NCBI GenBank assembly: GCA_022813965.1
Contig: JALDZS010000085.1
Coordinates: forward strand, 1 to 64,000
Direction: 5' to 3'
DNA: 64,000 bases
DNA from: Toensbergia leucococca
Taxonomy: Eukaryota
Position numbers and translations under genes: made by a program. Within the stretch, counting starts at the first letter, position 1; each line of letters starts with the position of its first letter. The notes below the pieces were generated by a model. That model was given only the letters and a program-made list of their open reading frames with translations. It did not search any database and had not been told where the DNA came from. Shown here in pieces: positions 23,831 through 36,900 of the stretch.

Positions 23831-24283
23831 CTTGATGAGAGGCTTTATGCGCTGATTCCTGGAAAGATACTATCGGATAGAGATACGGGTCCCCAAGGAA
23901 GTTAGGTAAGAGGGTGGGTTGGTTGTTATTGCAGCCAGCGTGAGAGCATTGTGAATATGCGGGATGGCGCACTAAATTCATAAGGCTGAGAGTAGCGAGC
24001 CGAGGGCCACTTCCTAAGCCCTAAGTATTACCGACCCCTGAGTCAGTTACCTAGAATGCCGCAACGCGTATCTGTGCATAATGAGAAAGTATTTCGCTTG
24101 TAAATACGGAGTATACAATCATTGTTTCGGTCTAGACAGGCCATTACGAGTTTCCTTAAATGTACCAGAGCCGGCATCTCCCGCTCGAAAGGGTGACCTA
24201 ATGTTTGAATGTGATAGAACAGTGAAAGACCACGAAAACATCGCTAAAGCAGCTCTGTCCAATGCCAGAGTATATGTAATTGC

Positions 24284-27178
24284 CTATAATAGAAATATAC
24301 AAAACATGAATAACACAGTTGCCATTACAGACACCAGAATTCTCCTGTCAACCCCTTTCCTACTTCCTTGCCCTGTGAATCCCTCCACGCTAGTCCCTGT
24401 TGCTACTGCTGTTGCTGATTCTGAACCTACAACCCCACCTCCAAATCCACTCACAATCAAGCCTCCTATTCCCACGCTTTCCGTACTCGACCCAACCACC
24501 ACATCTGTCTCCTGCGCAGCCAATGAGATTCTCGTTCCTGACACAGTAATCTCGGATCCGGGGCTCAACGTCTGCCCGCCAACTACGAAATCGGAAGCAG
24601 CGCTCTGTGGTTGAGATGCAAGAATTGAGGTACTTGAGCCAATGACCAAAGCTGCCGCCGAAGGGGCAAGGGAGTAACAGGTGTTGGATATGGTCACGGC
24701 AGGGCCGCCAGGGTTAAGAGTTCGGGACCCTATGACAAAGTCTGAGCCAGTACTACCAGCAACTAATTGTCCGACGCTGCTCAATGCAATAGGAGGGTAA
24801 TTGTTTTGATCTGAGACCGCGATTGTGCTAGTACCAGAGACAAAGATATCGCCGGATGGAGCCAAGGAGTACGGAATGCCGGAGATTGTTACCGCAGACC
24901 CACCAGGGATCAGTATCTGGGAGCCTATCATATAGTCAGATGCAGAGTTCGCGGTGTAGAGTTGTCCCGCAACAGTCAAAACGTGGGGTGGGTGTGTTTC
25001 CTGGGTAGACAGATTGATGGTGCTGGTGCCGGCAAAAAGGACTGCCGCAGATGGAGCGAGAGAATACGACGTGCCGGAGATTGTCAGGGCTGGCCCGCCG
25101 GGTATTAAAGTCTGAAAACCTATGATATAGTTGGATGCAGCGTTGGCAGTATAGAGCCCTCCGGCGACAGTTAAGACCTGAGGCGGGTATGATATCTGTG
25201 GCGAGAGAGCGATGGTGCTGGTCCCAGCAACTAATGCCGCCAAGGATGGGGCGAGGGAATAGGGGGTGTTGGAGACAGTCACCGCGGGACCACCAGGCAT
25301 GAGCGTTTGAGAGCCTAAAATGTAATTGGATGCAGCGTCGGCGGTATGTAGTTCTCCAGCGATAGTCAGTACAGGGTTAGCATACGTCCGTTGAGAAGAA
25401 AGGGCGATGGTACTACTGCCGAAGACAGCTAGAGCAATATTAATGGTGCTGCCGCCAACATTGATTTGGGTTGCTAATGGCCCTAAGGAGTAAGGCACAT
25501 TATCAACTGTGATAGCAGAGCTGCCCGGAGCAAGCATTTGTCCTGCAACGTTGTATTCAGAATTTGAATTAGCTTCATAAGTTGATGTACCTATTGTAAT
25601 GATGGGCAGAGGAAGAGGTGTTCCTTCATCGGCAGTAATCGAATTAGTATTAGGAGAAGTTCCTAAGTTCGACACTGAAGGACTCGAGTCTGCTTGCTGA
25701 TTGGCTGCAGTCTCCCCTCCTACGGCATTGGACGAAACGGGGAAAGACTGCTCAGATGGCGAGTTGGATAAGCTTGACTTTCCAGCTCCACTGAGAGGAT
25801 TTGAAGAAGTTATCGGAGCGCTTAGGGACTCTCCACTATTGCCAGTATCTGATGACGCTAGCGGGGGATTCCTAGGAGCCGACGCGGAAGGCACATTACT
25901 AGTAGCTATAAGACTTGACGTAGGAGGCCCACTATGGGTGTTGATAGTATCTATCGGCGAAGGTTTATTGTCGGCAACTGAAGTGCTTGTCGCTGGAGGT
26001 TCATTATCGGCACCTGTAGCACTTGGCGAAGGGTTCCTAGAACTCGACTCCGGAGGAGCTATCGTCGGACTACTTTGTGGGGTTGTCGATGTAGCTGGAG
26101 GCCCTGGAGCCTGTACGGCTGGGCTTGGCGACGGGGGTACATTGGAGGAAGCGCCTGTTGTATCTGCTATGGCGGTACTGTAGAAGGCAGCATTCTTGAT
26201 GGTGGAAGTCTCTGACGCGGTCAAGGTAGACACAGGCACCAGCAAGAACGGGGCGCCAGATCCAAACAGGGCTTCGCAATTACTTATATCTGGGTAGGCG
26301 CTAAGGACGACTGGATCCGACAATATATAATTGTAAAAGTCCGAAGGCATTGAAAAGGGGTCATCTACAATGTCCCATGAAAAATTTCGATCCGCCACTG
26401 GGACGGTCTGAAATAAAGGAGATTTCAAAGGTACTATTGTATTAAGGTCAAGAAACGGATTGTTTTCTTCGAAATCGGATGACGAGAGACATAGCGAGGT
26501 GCCGTTCCCGATCCCATAGGTACTGCCTTCAGCATTTCCGGTAAGTATGGTAACGGCATCATAGACATAGTAGGGGGTTCCAGAGGTCCTGCATCATGGT
26601 AAGCTCGAAGACAGGAGCAGGCGGGCGAGATGAGCAGCTGACATTGTTATAGAGTTGTTGTTCTCGGCTAAAGTGGTTGCATTCGTCAACTGGGGATAAT
26701 GGTCATATAATTCAAAGACCTCTTCCCAGGCTATAATCAAGGATGAAGGCAGCACCGAGAGAACTTCCAGGGTGCTGAAGTTTCCATGGATGGTTTGGGT
26801 ATTGGTCAGGGCGGCTTATAGTCTTGTTAGAGAGCAATAATATAGTCAAGTACGCTCTAAACCCACTATTGTTATACTGGGTGACGAGGTACTGAACAGT
26901 ATCCAAGGTCAAAGGTAAGGTTTCAGTCCACCAAAGACTGATTTCTAAGAGGCAAAAGACTGCGCACGTGACGCAGGCTGTGGTTGCCGGTGCTGCAGTT
27001 ATTGGTGAAGCAAGATCAGAGGAGTTTGAGTAAATAGTCACAGCTCCAGAGCAGTGTAAGCCGACAGTACTCATTAAATAAAAAGAGGCCACAACTTACA
27101 CGCCTGAGCAGCAGTGGTTGCAAGAACGTGATTTGGGAAGACGGCGAGAAAGAGGAGGGGGAGACAAAAGAAATGCAT
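24284..27178 (-). CDS. Secreted Ser/Thr/Pro-rich, probably GPI-anchored cell-wall protein with ~70-aa beta-rich repeats
   Basis: Signal peptide MHFFCLPLLFLAVFPNHVLA; three introns restore the frame (first acceptor is an atypical GAG); repeats G.Q.L.PG..A.TISG.PYSLAPS; hydrophobic C-terminal tail ILVSVMATVLFMFCIFLL. Confidence 0.8.
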
Positions 27179-28780
27179 GGGGTGGAGGCTACAAGGTCGA
27201 TAGACTGCAGCGGAGTAGCAATGAATGACAACAAAGCGTCAACGAAAGACATGAGCAAGGGTAGAGACGCTTTTTCATGATCAAAGACAAGCAGTGTGAG
27301 GATATTGAAAGGTGCATCATGATATTGATTGAGGCGCAGTATCAGCACTCCCCCCCTCCGGGATTCCTGCAAGGATAATGGGACTTGCAAAGTTATGCAA
27401 ACTGCATTAGCACTGCGGTACGGACACTCCGGAGGATGGGTCAATGGGATAGTGGGAGAAAGCTCAGGGGTAGGAGACGGCTGGACTGGGTTGTTTAGGG
27501 CAAGGATACATTAAGTAAATGGTGGGAGTGGTGGTAGTAAGCAGTTTAGCGGCAACGGCGCTCGGTGGTAACAGGCTCCGTAACCAAGTGTGCGGTGAAA
27601 ATGCTATGACTGTTCTTGTGATTGGCTCAGAAGCGTAGAATAGGTAAGTGGCGTGGCTGGGAAGTTGAAACTTGAAAGGATGCTGATGCATGCGGCTAAG
27701 CTTTGGGTGCCTTGGTAAGGTAGGGCTGCCTACCCTACCGTACGAGCGTATCTTACGATTAAATACTCCGTACTAGGTAGATTGCCGTTTCACCACTTTC
27801 ATAACCGAAAGTATAAATGATCCACACAACTCCCATCCTTTATTCTCCCACCCTTTGCCCGCGAGCGCTGCCACCTCTACTACTTATTCAACGATCTGCC
27901 ATACTCTAAGAAGCCAAACCGTTTGAACATAAAAGATTCCATCATCCGTTATGCCCTTACCTCGGAATCTCATTTCTTTTGCTGTCCTTACTTTAAAGCT
28001 TCCTGAAGAAGTGGAACATTCACCATGGAAGGTAGTAATTGACCGGGACGAGGGAGAAACGCGAATGCTCCAATCAGTACCTCATGTAATGAGACAGAAG
28101 CTCGTACCTTCCTAGCGGAACAATGTCTCCTTGCTCATGACCGCCTTGACCCAGACCTTGTTGTAGACTCGAGTTGGAGCTCAAGAGCCGTTTCTTGCTG
28201 TCCTATTGAATTCATACCATTTGCACTGTTTTCAGCCCTCCGTTCGAGTCTTCGTATTGTGAGACTGAATTTTGCGAGTACCTGCATTCGAAAGCTTCGT
28301 GGGTTCCGAGGGGAGTAAGAACTTAATATTCTTTCAAGTGTCCCAACTGAACAGGGTTTTTTTTCTATTGGACTGGTTGCTGGCATCTCGCTCGGAAGCT
28401 TAGCTCCAAATATTGACAAATGCACAGTCACACCGTCAAAACAATTATCATTCCTATTAGTCCTGCTCTTGGGGTCCCTTGTTACAAACCCAGATGTGGC
28501 GTTCTGATAGACAAATGGCTCGTAATTTTCCTGATCGCGAATCGGCAGAATGGAGACCCGTAACGAACACATGCGATGTTTCAACACCCCCACCATGCGT
28601 CAGAGCATTGGGAACGATAAAATAGAAGTTGGACCTTCAACTACAAAAAGCAATGGGGTTTTTGTTTCTTTGGGCTGAGAAAAATTGGCTGAATTACCTC
28701 ACCTCAGCCTGTACATTCAATCTTTTTCGGCAATGTGTGTCATCCGCCATATGCCCCTGTCCACATCACTATCAAATCAT

Positions 28781-29891
28781 ATGGCGGCACTTCTCTTCCT
28801 TGTTCTATGCCCACTCGCCTTCTCCTTCGCCATACTGCCAACAGAGGACAAAAATAGCACTGCAACTCTTCTCCGACGTACTTATATCCCTTTATCAACA
28901 ACCGTAACATGCAGCAGCTTCTATGGTAGTCCATCCCATTCCGATTGCACCGAAGTGGAGTACCAAATTCTGGATGTCCTAGGCACCACTCCGGCAGCTG
29001 TTCACGAATGGGGGGAAAACTCCTACGAGTTCATCGCTATTGGTGGCCATAAACAATATCAAGAGGATGGCGAATTTTATACACCTCTGTATTGGAATCA
29101 TGGTCGGTAGATCTTTTGGACAAGAACGTGCAATCACAATTAATGCTCTGAGTTGTGTGCAGGAGAATGCAATGCCGCTCTCTTTGTCAACGTCATGAAC
29201 GGATATACCTCGGACGTAGAATCATGGTTGAGCATCTGGGACCGAACACAGTATCTGAACGATTTGTGTGTTGGCGCTCACACTATGGGAGGGTTAGCCT
29301 CCGAATTAGGTGAGACTTCCAAGTCAAGAACAAACGGTCAATCCTGATCCGGGTCTCTTGCTCTGAAATGCTAACAGCATCTATCTTACAAAATCTAAAG
29401 GCATCGAAACATCAAGCCTAAATCTTTTCGTATACGCCAATGGCTCCGAATTTCACGATCAGCTGAACGAGAAGATCAGCTGCCCAAGTTCGGGTTCGGG
29501 CTCGAGCTCCAGTCTCAGTACATGTTCAAACAACGATAAAGTAGTAGAGAATCCGGAGCCAGCGCTCGATCCGCAAAAAGCATCAACCATACCCCCGATT
29601 CCTGAGGAGATATCTGGCACCGTCGGGCAGCTGTGCGGAACGAGCTGCAAGGCGCAAAAGGACTGTGCGTGTCCTGATTATCTTTGCCTACAAGACATGT
29701 CTATCATAGCACGATTGAGGCCCAAAACCTTGGAATGTGTCTTCACAGCTTTTGGATCATCTTTACTACCTCCATTTGGTGGAAAGAGAGACGTACCTCC
29801 GGGCATCGATCTATCGACATGCGTGTGCAATGCAACCTATACAGGGAATGGTTGCTGTTTCGCCCCTGATGGCTTGGTCTATCTTGACTAA
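28781..29891 (+). CDS. Secreted cysteine-rich protein (effector-like)
   Basis: Signal peptide MAALLFLVLCPLAFSFA, dibasic LLRR site, C.S..GSP...DC domain; two introns; C-terminal CGTSC....DC.C and CVCNATYTGNGCC...DGLV. Confidence 0.8.
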
Positions 29892-30543
29892 GGCTAATGT
29901 TCAGCAAATACAACGTCCCAAGGTCAATACTCGATATCATGAGGGACCCTCGGGAAAGGAAGATCAAATCTAGATTGAGATAGAAATAGAAGATTGCAAT
30001 TAATAAGGGGAACATGGTAGATCTTCATCTTAATCGCAGGCGATGAATTTTCTTGGTGGGCTATTTTCGAGTGGTGAAAAACAATAATATCAAAGGTCTG
30101 GCAAAAATCAATTACAATACTTATACACAAATGGCTAATTGACTATGTCCTCTCCCTTTCTTTATTCAAGGGGACTGGAGGGTATCTATAACGATACTGG
30201 TGTTCTTTATCAATGCAAATAGGAACATCTTTCATTTACAAGCTTGCTATTTTCATTCGGTGCAGGAAAGGCTTTTTGCAAGTGGCTGCAAGTGTTTTGG
30301 AAAGTACCCTAGCCTCCCTTGACATTTCTTGTCTACCATCCCTGCGCTGCATTTGGAGAAGAAAATATGAACCATTCATCCCAGTACTTTACTTGTTCTT
30401 TGGAATCTTTTGCCGCAGAGAGTCATAATTCATGTTTGATGATATTATGATGAGCCCCAAATTTTAACACGATGAAATGTTTACTCTTCGAAAGCAGTCT
30501 ATGGTCGATATGCCTCATCCCATCCACGACCATACCGAAAAGA

Positions 30544-31083
30544 TTAGAATTCTTTACCCAACTTCCCAACAGAGGCTGGGGAAGACCGATTGGATTCGGC
30601 ATCATTCAAATCCTGTTGCTTCAGAACTTCGGGCTTCACAGTGGTATTATCTATTCCCAGAAGAGGAATCCGATTGTCTTTCTGCTGGCAAAGAAGCCAT
30701 CGTTCGACATTTGAGATCGGTTGTTCCTGCTTGATAGGCCTGCAACGTCCAGCTGCCTTGGATCTACTTGGCTTGGCCTCCGCTCCAGGCAGGATAGGCT
30801 GTGGGGACACAGGGTGCTGACGTGATGTATCGCCGCTGTTGGGGTGCTCAGCTACTGGTTCCGCAACGTTGTAGGTCTGTGAGCTCTGCGTATGCTGTTC
30901 TTTTATTCCGATTTCAATTCGAGTAATCGATACGTCCTCGGAGCCTGCCAAGCCCAATGTTGAATATTCTACAGCTAGTCCTTGAAGATGAGAGACCTTA
31001 CCCGGTACCGATTCACGACTCCTGAGATGTGCAACACAGGGGCCTTCGATAACATCAGAGTCAGGTAGGAAGTCTGCTTTCAT
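30544..31083 (-). CDS. Hypothetical protein (unsupported by motifs)
   Basis: ATG-initiated 179-codon ORF divergent from the homeobox gene; no recognisable domain. Confidence 0.25.
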   Translation of the reverse strand: MKADFLPDSDVIEGPCVAHLRSRESVPGKVSHLQGLAVEYSTLGLAGSEDVSITRIEIGIKEQHTQSSQTYNVAEPVAEHPNSGDTSRQHPVSPQPILPGAEAKPSRSKAAGRCRPIKQEQPISNVERWLLCQQKDNRIPLLGIDNTTVKPEVLKQQDLNDAESNRSSPASVGKLGKEF

Positions 31084-31516
31084 GATTGATGCTATATTTA
31101 GGACTTGGAGTGGAATACAGAAGACAGTGGAATAGTACAGCCTGCAACATGTTTTCGAGATGCTAGGGTCTCATATAGAAAATGGCTTTGACGAACAGGG
31201 TGCGTAACAATAAAGGCGTAGAAAAACGGTCGATTGACAAGGGGAAGATTGGAATGACAATCAAGGTGGTTATTCTGGAGTGGATCCGGGGAGGGGGGAA
31301 ATAATTGACGGCCCGACCCTCCACCCCTTGTCTGATGCGTGATTAGTGGCTTAGCGAGACGTCGAATAAGTACCTAACACCTTGATCATCACCAGCTCAA
31401 AGACACCGCGTTAATCGTCTTAATTCAGCGATCATCCAGCCTCGTACCTACTCAGCTCTTACCTTTTCTCTAAACATGATTCTGAAGTATCGCACAAGTT
31501 CCTCCCATCTGCCTCC

Positions 31517-33250
31517 ATGGCGACCGCCATGGATGACTGGGATCCCTTTGACATCGGGATCGATATAGAGGATCATAGCTGGCCTGTTGATCAGAGAAAT
31601 ACAGGTCTCGATGGATCTGATCTATGTATATGTCCCCAGCTTTTACAATCGCCGCCTGAAGCCGTTTTTCCAAGTCTCGAGCAGCCGCTCGTACTGGACA
31701 TGCAAGAATCAGGCTTGTCTTGTTCCGCTCTCGGCTCGTTGGTAAGCATTACCCACAGAATAGCCCAGTGTCATAGGTAGCTGACCATTCCAAACCTGCA
31801 AGTTCTCCGTATTCAGAAGTCTCTGACGAATTCTCGTTTGAAGCATCCGGTCTCTCACCACGAACATTGGCGAGCCCACCCAAACTTTCGTCTATCACAC
31901 GCTTGGAATCTGCTTCACAATCAGCAACAACTTTTGCTGCCGCCGGACAGCTAGATTCGGTTTCGAATAATGTTAGCGCATATCAGATAGCGTGTGAGAG
32001 TTCTCGGACCCGTCGCAAAAATGCCTTTCGATTCTCTGAAAAAGCGCAAGGGTTGCTACGAGATCTATTACAAAGGACATCATACCCAAGCCAATCTCAA
32101 AAGCAAGCTATGGCTATGAGGATAGAATGTACCACGAAACAAGTTACTGCCTGGCTAGATAATGCACGTCGTCGACTTGATAAGAAAGCCACGGTGCTTA
32201 CTGTAACTCAAGCATCTGTTCCAATTGATTGTCAAGTACTTAGACCCCTTGATTTGGCATGATTGTTTTCATCTTTGCTAACAGATACAGTCCTTAAAGA
32301 CCATCCCAGTGGAAGGTTGTGATGCAATGCAGAGGTTCTTAAGGACGCCGCCAGAAGACGATCCCGCGCCGATCGCAGCTGTAGCTGCAGCAGCCGAAAA
32401 GGCTGGAGATCTGCCAAGGAAGAGGAAATTAGATCAAATTGACGCGATTGGTGTGAGAGACTCCGATGCTCTGTCTCCGTTGGATTACTCTAATAGATGG
32501 GGCAATGGAATCGATGGTCGGGACGACTTCGAATTTCCTACTCACCAAGCAGACGACTCGGTATCTCTTTCAGGTATTTCAGGCGCGAGCTCTGCGGCAT
32601 CGAGTGGTAGCAATATATCACATAGCTCCTGGGCAGGACGGCGAGGCAGAAAAACGCACGACACATCATCGCAGATATGGTCGCGCGTTAGAGAAGCGGA
32701 TCGAAAATTTCAATGCACATGGTGCTTTAGAGGTTTCGAACGCGCAGACGTTTGGAAAAGGCACGAAGAATCTGAACACTGCCCGCAAACGGAGTGGGTG
32801 TGCATGCTTACAGGACCACCAGGATACAACCGAGGTGAAGAGCCATATTGCGTATTCTGCGATCAGCCCAATGTTTCGAAGATACATCTCGAAGCCAAAC
32901 ACAGGGCACTTACATGCTTCAAGAAACCGGAGAAAGACCGTCGCTTTGCTCGCAAGGATTATCTGCTCCAACACCTGAAGCAAGTACATCATACTGTACA
33001 TGGCACGAGACACAATCTCAGTGCATGTATTGAACAGTGGCGTAGGCCTCTCGATCCCAGACCTCCAGAAAGCCGTGTCTGGAAATGTGGCTTCTGTCAG
33101 GTGAACATATTTACTTGGGATACGAGGGCGAGGCACATAGCCAAGCACTTTCATGATGGTGCCGACATGACACAGTGGAAAGGGGTACCGGGGTACCTCT
33201 TTTGCACACCTTGGTATATGCGCTCAGCTGACTTTCGTAGTATAACATAG
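31517..33250 (+). CDS. Homeobox plus C2H2 zinc-finger transcription factor
   Basis: Homeodomain YPSQSQKQAMA...KQVTAWLDNARRR; C2H2 FQCTWCFRGF....WKRHEESEH, FARKDYLLQHLKQVH, WKCGFC......W..RARHIAKHF; introns near 31.77 kb and 32236-32284. Confidence 0.85.
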
Positions 33251-33490
33251 AATTCAAATAGGGAGACCAATTAGAAGCATCCGGATACATTCACATAGGA
33301 CTTTTACTTCCAGAACCTTGACAGATACTTTTAGTCTTCACTCTGATTCAATGACACCCAGTAGTGAGTGACTGTTTGCTCATATAGTACTCGTACTCCG
33401 TACAACGTAATAGCTTTCACACGCCAACATAATCAAAGAAAGATCAAGATCCGCAGTATAGCAAGCAAAGATACTTGTATTGAAGAGGAC

Positions 33491-33589
33491 TAGTATCGTT
33501 TTATTCTTGGGAAAATATCGCTGTCAAGAGTGACGACAGATCACATTTTTTCATTATTGGGATGCTACGAGACTGCCTTACCAAACATG
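33491..33589 (+). repeat. ~98-bp dispersed direct repeat, copy 1
   Basis: TAGTATCGTTTTATTCTTGGGAAAA...GAGACTGCCTTACCAA matches 39666-39766. Confidence 0.95.
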
Positions 33590-33904
33590 GAGTACCTCCA
33601 TGTAACACGATCCTTTGTGGCTACCAATTCTCTCATTAATTAGGCAGACCTAGGCGACCCAGAAAGATGCTGCACCACTTGCAGCACAATCCTTGTTCAC
33701 ACACCTTGAGTCAACCACCAAGTCTGACTGCCTGGGAAATAATTACCTCAATAATTGCGGGGCAGTTTTCTGCTTCTCATTCTGTCCTCACAACAATCAA
33801 ACCTGCAAACTTAAGCTTTGGCCTTTGCTTTATAGAATTTGCCAATGCATGCTTGACCTCTTTCTTCAACTTGTTTGCCTGTGACTCTTGCCGCCGATCG
33901 CTAG

Positions 33905-36900
33905 ATGGAGCAAAACGTACCTCTCACAGCGGTAGACAAAGATGACTTTGAGCGACTCTGGGACAATGCTTTTGCTGGCTACGAGAAGGAAACCGGTCGA
34001 AAATTACAGAACAACAAAGAATTGCGTGATCTTAGAACTATAGATGACTTAATCAATAAGATCGAGGCTAAAGGAGGCTCTTTCACTGGCTGGAGGAATA
34101 AACACTCAAAGCTTTGGACTCGTCTTTCCACTTGCTTCAAGCCGATTGTTAACATCGGCGGCGTAGCCAAGGATGTCCTCTCGTTCACTCCATTCCCTGC
34201 TGCCTCACCTGTACTAGGGGCAGCTTTATATCTAGTCAAGGTTAGCATATAACAGCTTCGGAAGAGTGGAGACTGTTGACAGTTCGGAAATTAGGCTAGT
34301 GACCGTGTCACAGATGCGTACGATTGGATTGAGACTGTCTTTGGCGAATTACAAGAGTTTACCGATCGCCTCAATCTGTATCTGAAGAGCAAGTTGGACA
34401 CCGTTCTGGAAAAGAAAGTCACCGCCATTCTCGCGTTGTAAGCATGAATCTATCTGTTTTGTTGAAACACCATCTGATAGTCAATTAAGCTTGCTAAAGA
34501 TTATTGGACGGTAAGGTTTGCTCTTTTTTCCCTGAAGAGTGACTTGCACGCTAAACACCAAAGATCTGAAAAATTAGTCTCAAGAGGGTCCTTCCGGCAC
34601 TACCTCCGCGTCGTCTTCTTAGGGAACGATGACAAGACCAAGAAAATAGTCGATGAACTGAACCAATCGCTGAAAAACGAGCAAAGCTATGTGATAGCAG
34701 CAACGTACGCCGACGGAAAAGCCGTACTTAGAAAGTTTGGTGCTATTGAGCAAGCAAATTCAAGGAATACGGACGCATTGAACGATATACATGGAGCGCT
34801 GGAAGGTATAAATCCTCTGGATTATAGCTTTTCCAATGGTGACTTACCTAAAACAGGTTCTGCGAACCGGGAAATTACCAAGGAAGATGACCAGCTCATA
34901 CAGTATAACTTGGAATCGCCAGCTGTCGGGAGAACATTTGAACTAAACGCGGAGCTCTCTAAGCGTCTATTAAGTGGCTCTGGCGCCTGGCTTGAGAAAG
35001 AAACACTATTCACGGCTTGGTCAGAGCAGAGAATTCCAATTTTATGGATCTTCGGCGGCCCTGGATCCGGGAAGAGCCATCTTTCAAGATGGGCAATCAA
35101 CTACCTCGAGACACTCTATGTTCAGGATCAGGGAAATCCTAGTGGAGTAGCGGTTGCTTTCTTTTATGTGAAAGAAAACGAAGCGCAACTACGAGACGCG
35201 AACACGATACTCAAAACTTTGGCCTGGCAGATCGCCCACGTCGACCCTGTTTTCAAGAAACATGCAGTAGAAGTTTGTAAGTTCAAGAAGAAGATAATAA
35301 CTCCAGAAGAGACTTGGTCCAACCTTTTTCTTGCTTTCTATAAACCCATCCGGACTGTTGATCACTCTGCTATCCTAGTGATCGATGGACTGGATGAGGC
35401 GTCAAAGTTTGTTCGGGCAACGATTCTCGGGCTCTGTAAAGACTTACTGGTACAAGATTCCAGTGGCGTCAGGCTTCGCGTACAGGTCGCTATTATTGGC
35501 CGAATCACCCTGAAAGGAGACATGGAGTTTGAAAGAGAAGAAAAATTTATCGAGGTCTCGCCAGAAAAGAATAAAGATGACATCGATAAGTACATTGAAA
35601 AGCGTCTATCCGAGCTTGAACTTCTGAAAAAGCTAGAAAAGCTAGACAAAGCCCAGATACGAAAGCCCACAAAGCAGCAGTCTAAGCCTATTGCACCAAG
35701 CGTAAGGAGAAAATTGAAGGATAAAATATTGACATCAGCCGATGGGATCTTCCTATGGGCACAGCTTTTGCTGGACCAAATCCAGAAGAAGGAGGCACAT
35801 GAAATCGAAAAAATTCTCAATAGCCCTCCGCAGAGCCTAGAGGATATGGTCCGTCATGTTTTCGAGCGGCTCGCGGCAGAGGAAGACGACTTGAATACGA
35901 TCAAACAATTGCTAAGCTGGATGGCTTATGCTCGCCGTCCATTATGCTTTGGTGAAATAGACTTGATTTTGAGTCTACCTAGTGGGTCACCGAACCTACT
36001 TCTTTGGGACGCTTTCCGCGGCAAATTTGCCTCGATCTTCCACTTGGTTTTTCCGGAAGGCTATATCGAAGATGTCAATGAAATTGGACCAAGCCCTGAT
36101 GCCAGCATAGGCGAATCTGGACGCCAAGCTGATGAATCATCCTTGGTTTCTGGTGACAATCGGTCCGAAGGTGATCAGCAAAGTAATGAAGGCGAAGACC
36201 GTGAGGAAATTGAGGGATCTGACGCCGATGAAGGTTCGTACATTGATGGGAACGAGAGTGATACTGATGAAAAGGATGAAACCTTCAAGCTCTTCAATGT
36301 AGACGCAGATAGAGGTTTGGAAGCTTTGGCATCCGGCGTATTTAACGAAGAGTTAGCAACCATTCATGCCTATTCGGATTTTCAATTAAGGACAGTCATC
36401 ATGTTCAGCCACCAACAGTTCAGAGACTTTCTTGTCCCGCAGCAAGACAGAGCACCAATGGCTTTAGATATTGACAATAGACGGAGCCAAATAGAAATTA
36501 CGATAACTTGTCTTGATATACTTCGCCTAGGCCATGCGGAACGACGCGAATCTAGATATTTGGCAGACTATCCGTCTAGAAATTTTTTCCATCACTTACA
36601 AAGTATTGATAGTGCTATCATCGAAGCTGAAGATAGACGCAAGATCCTAGACGGTCTATACTGGTTCTTCCACGAATTAGCCGGAACACGAGCATTAGTT
36701 TTTGCTCCTCCCGATTCGGACAGCCCTGCCTGGAACGAATACTGGATGACTTGGGTAGCAGCTGATAAATACACAAAGACTGTTCGGGGCTGGTTTGAGC
36801 AGATAGATCAAGTCTGTGATAGCTTTGACGAGCAGGCTGTTGCTTGGATGAGGGCTGCTGCTCTTTCAGCGAAACAGCTTTTCAAGCCATGGATTGCGAA

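Noticed and set aside
28135..28596. 153-aa minus-strand ORF
   Set aside because: No recognisable motif or splice support; lies in the upstream region of the secreted protein
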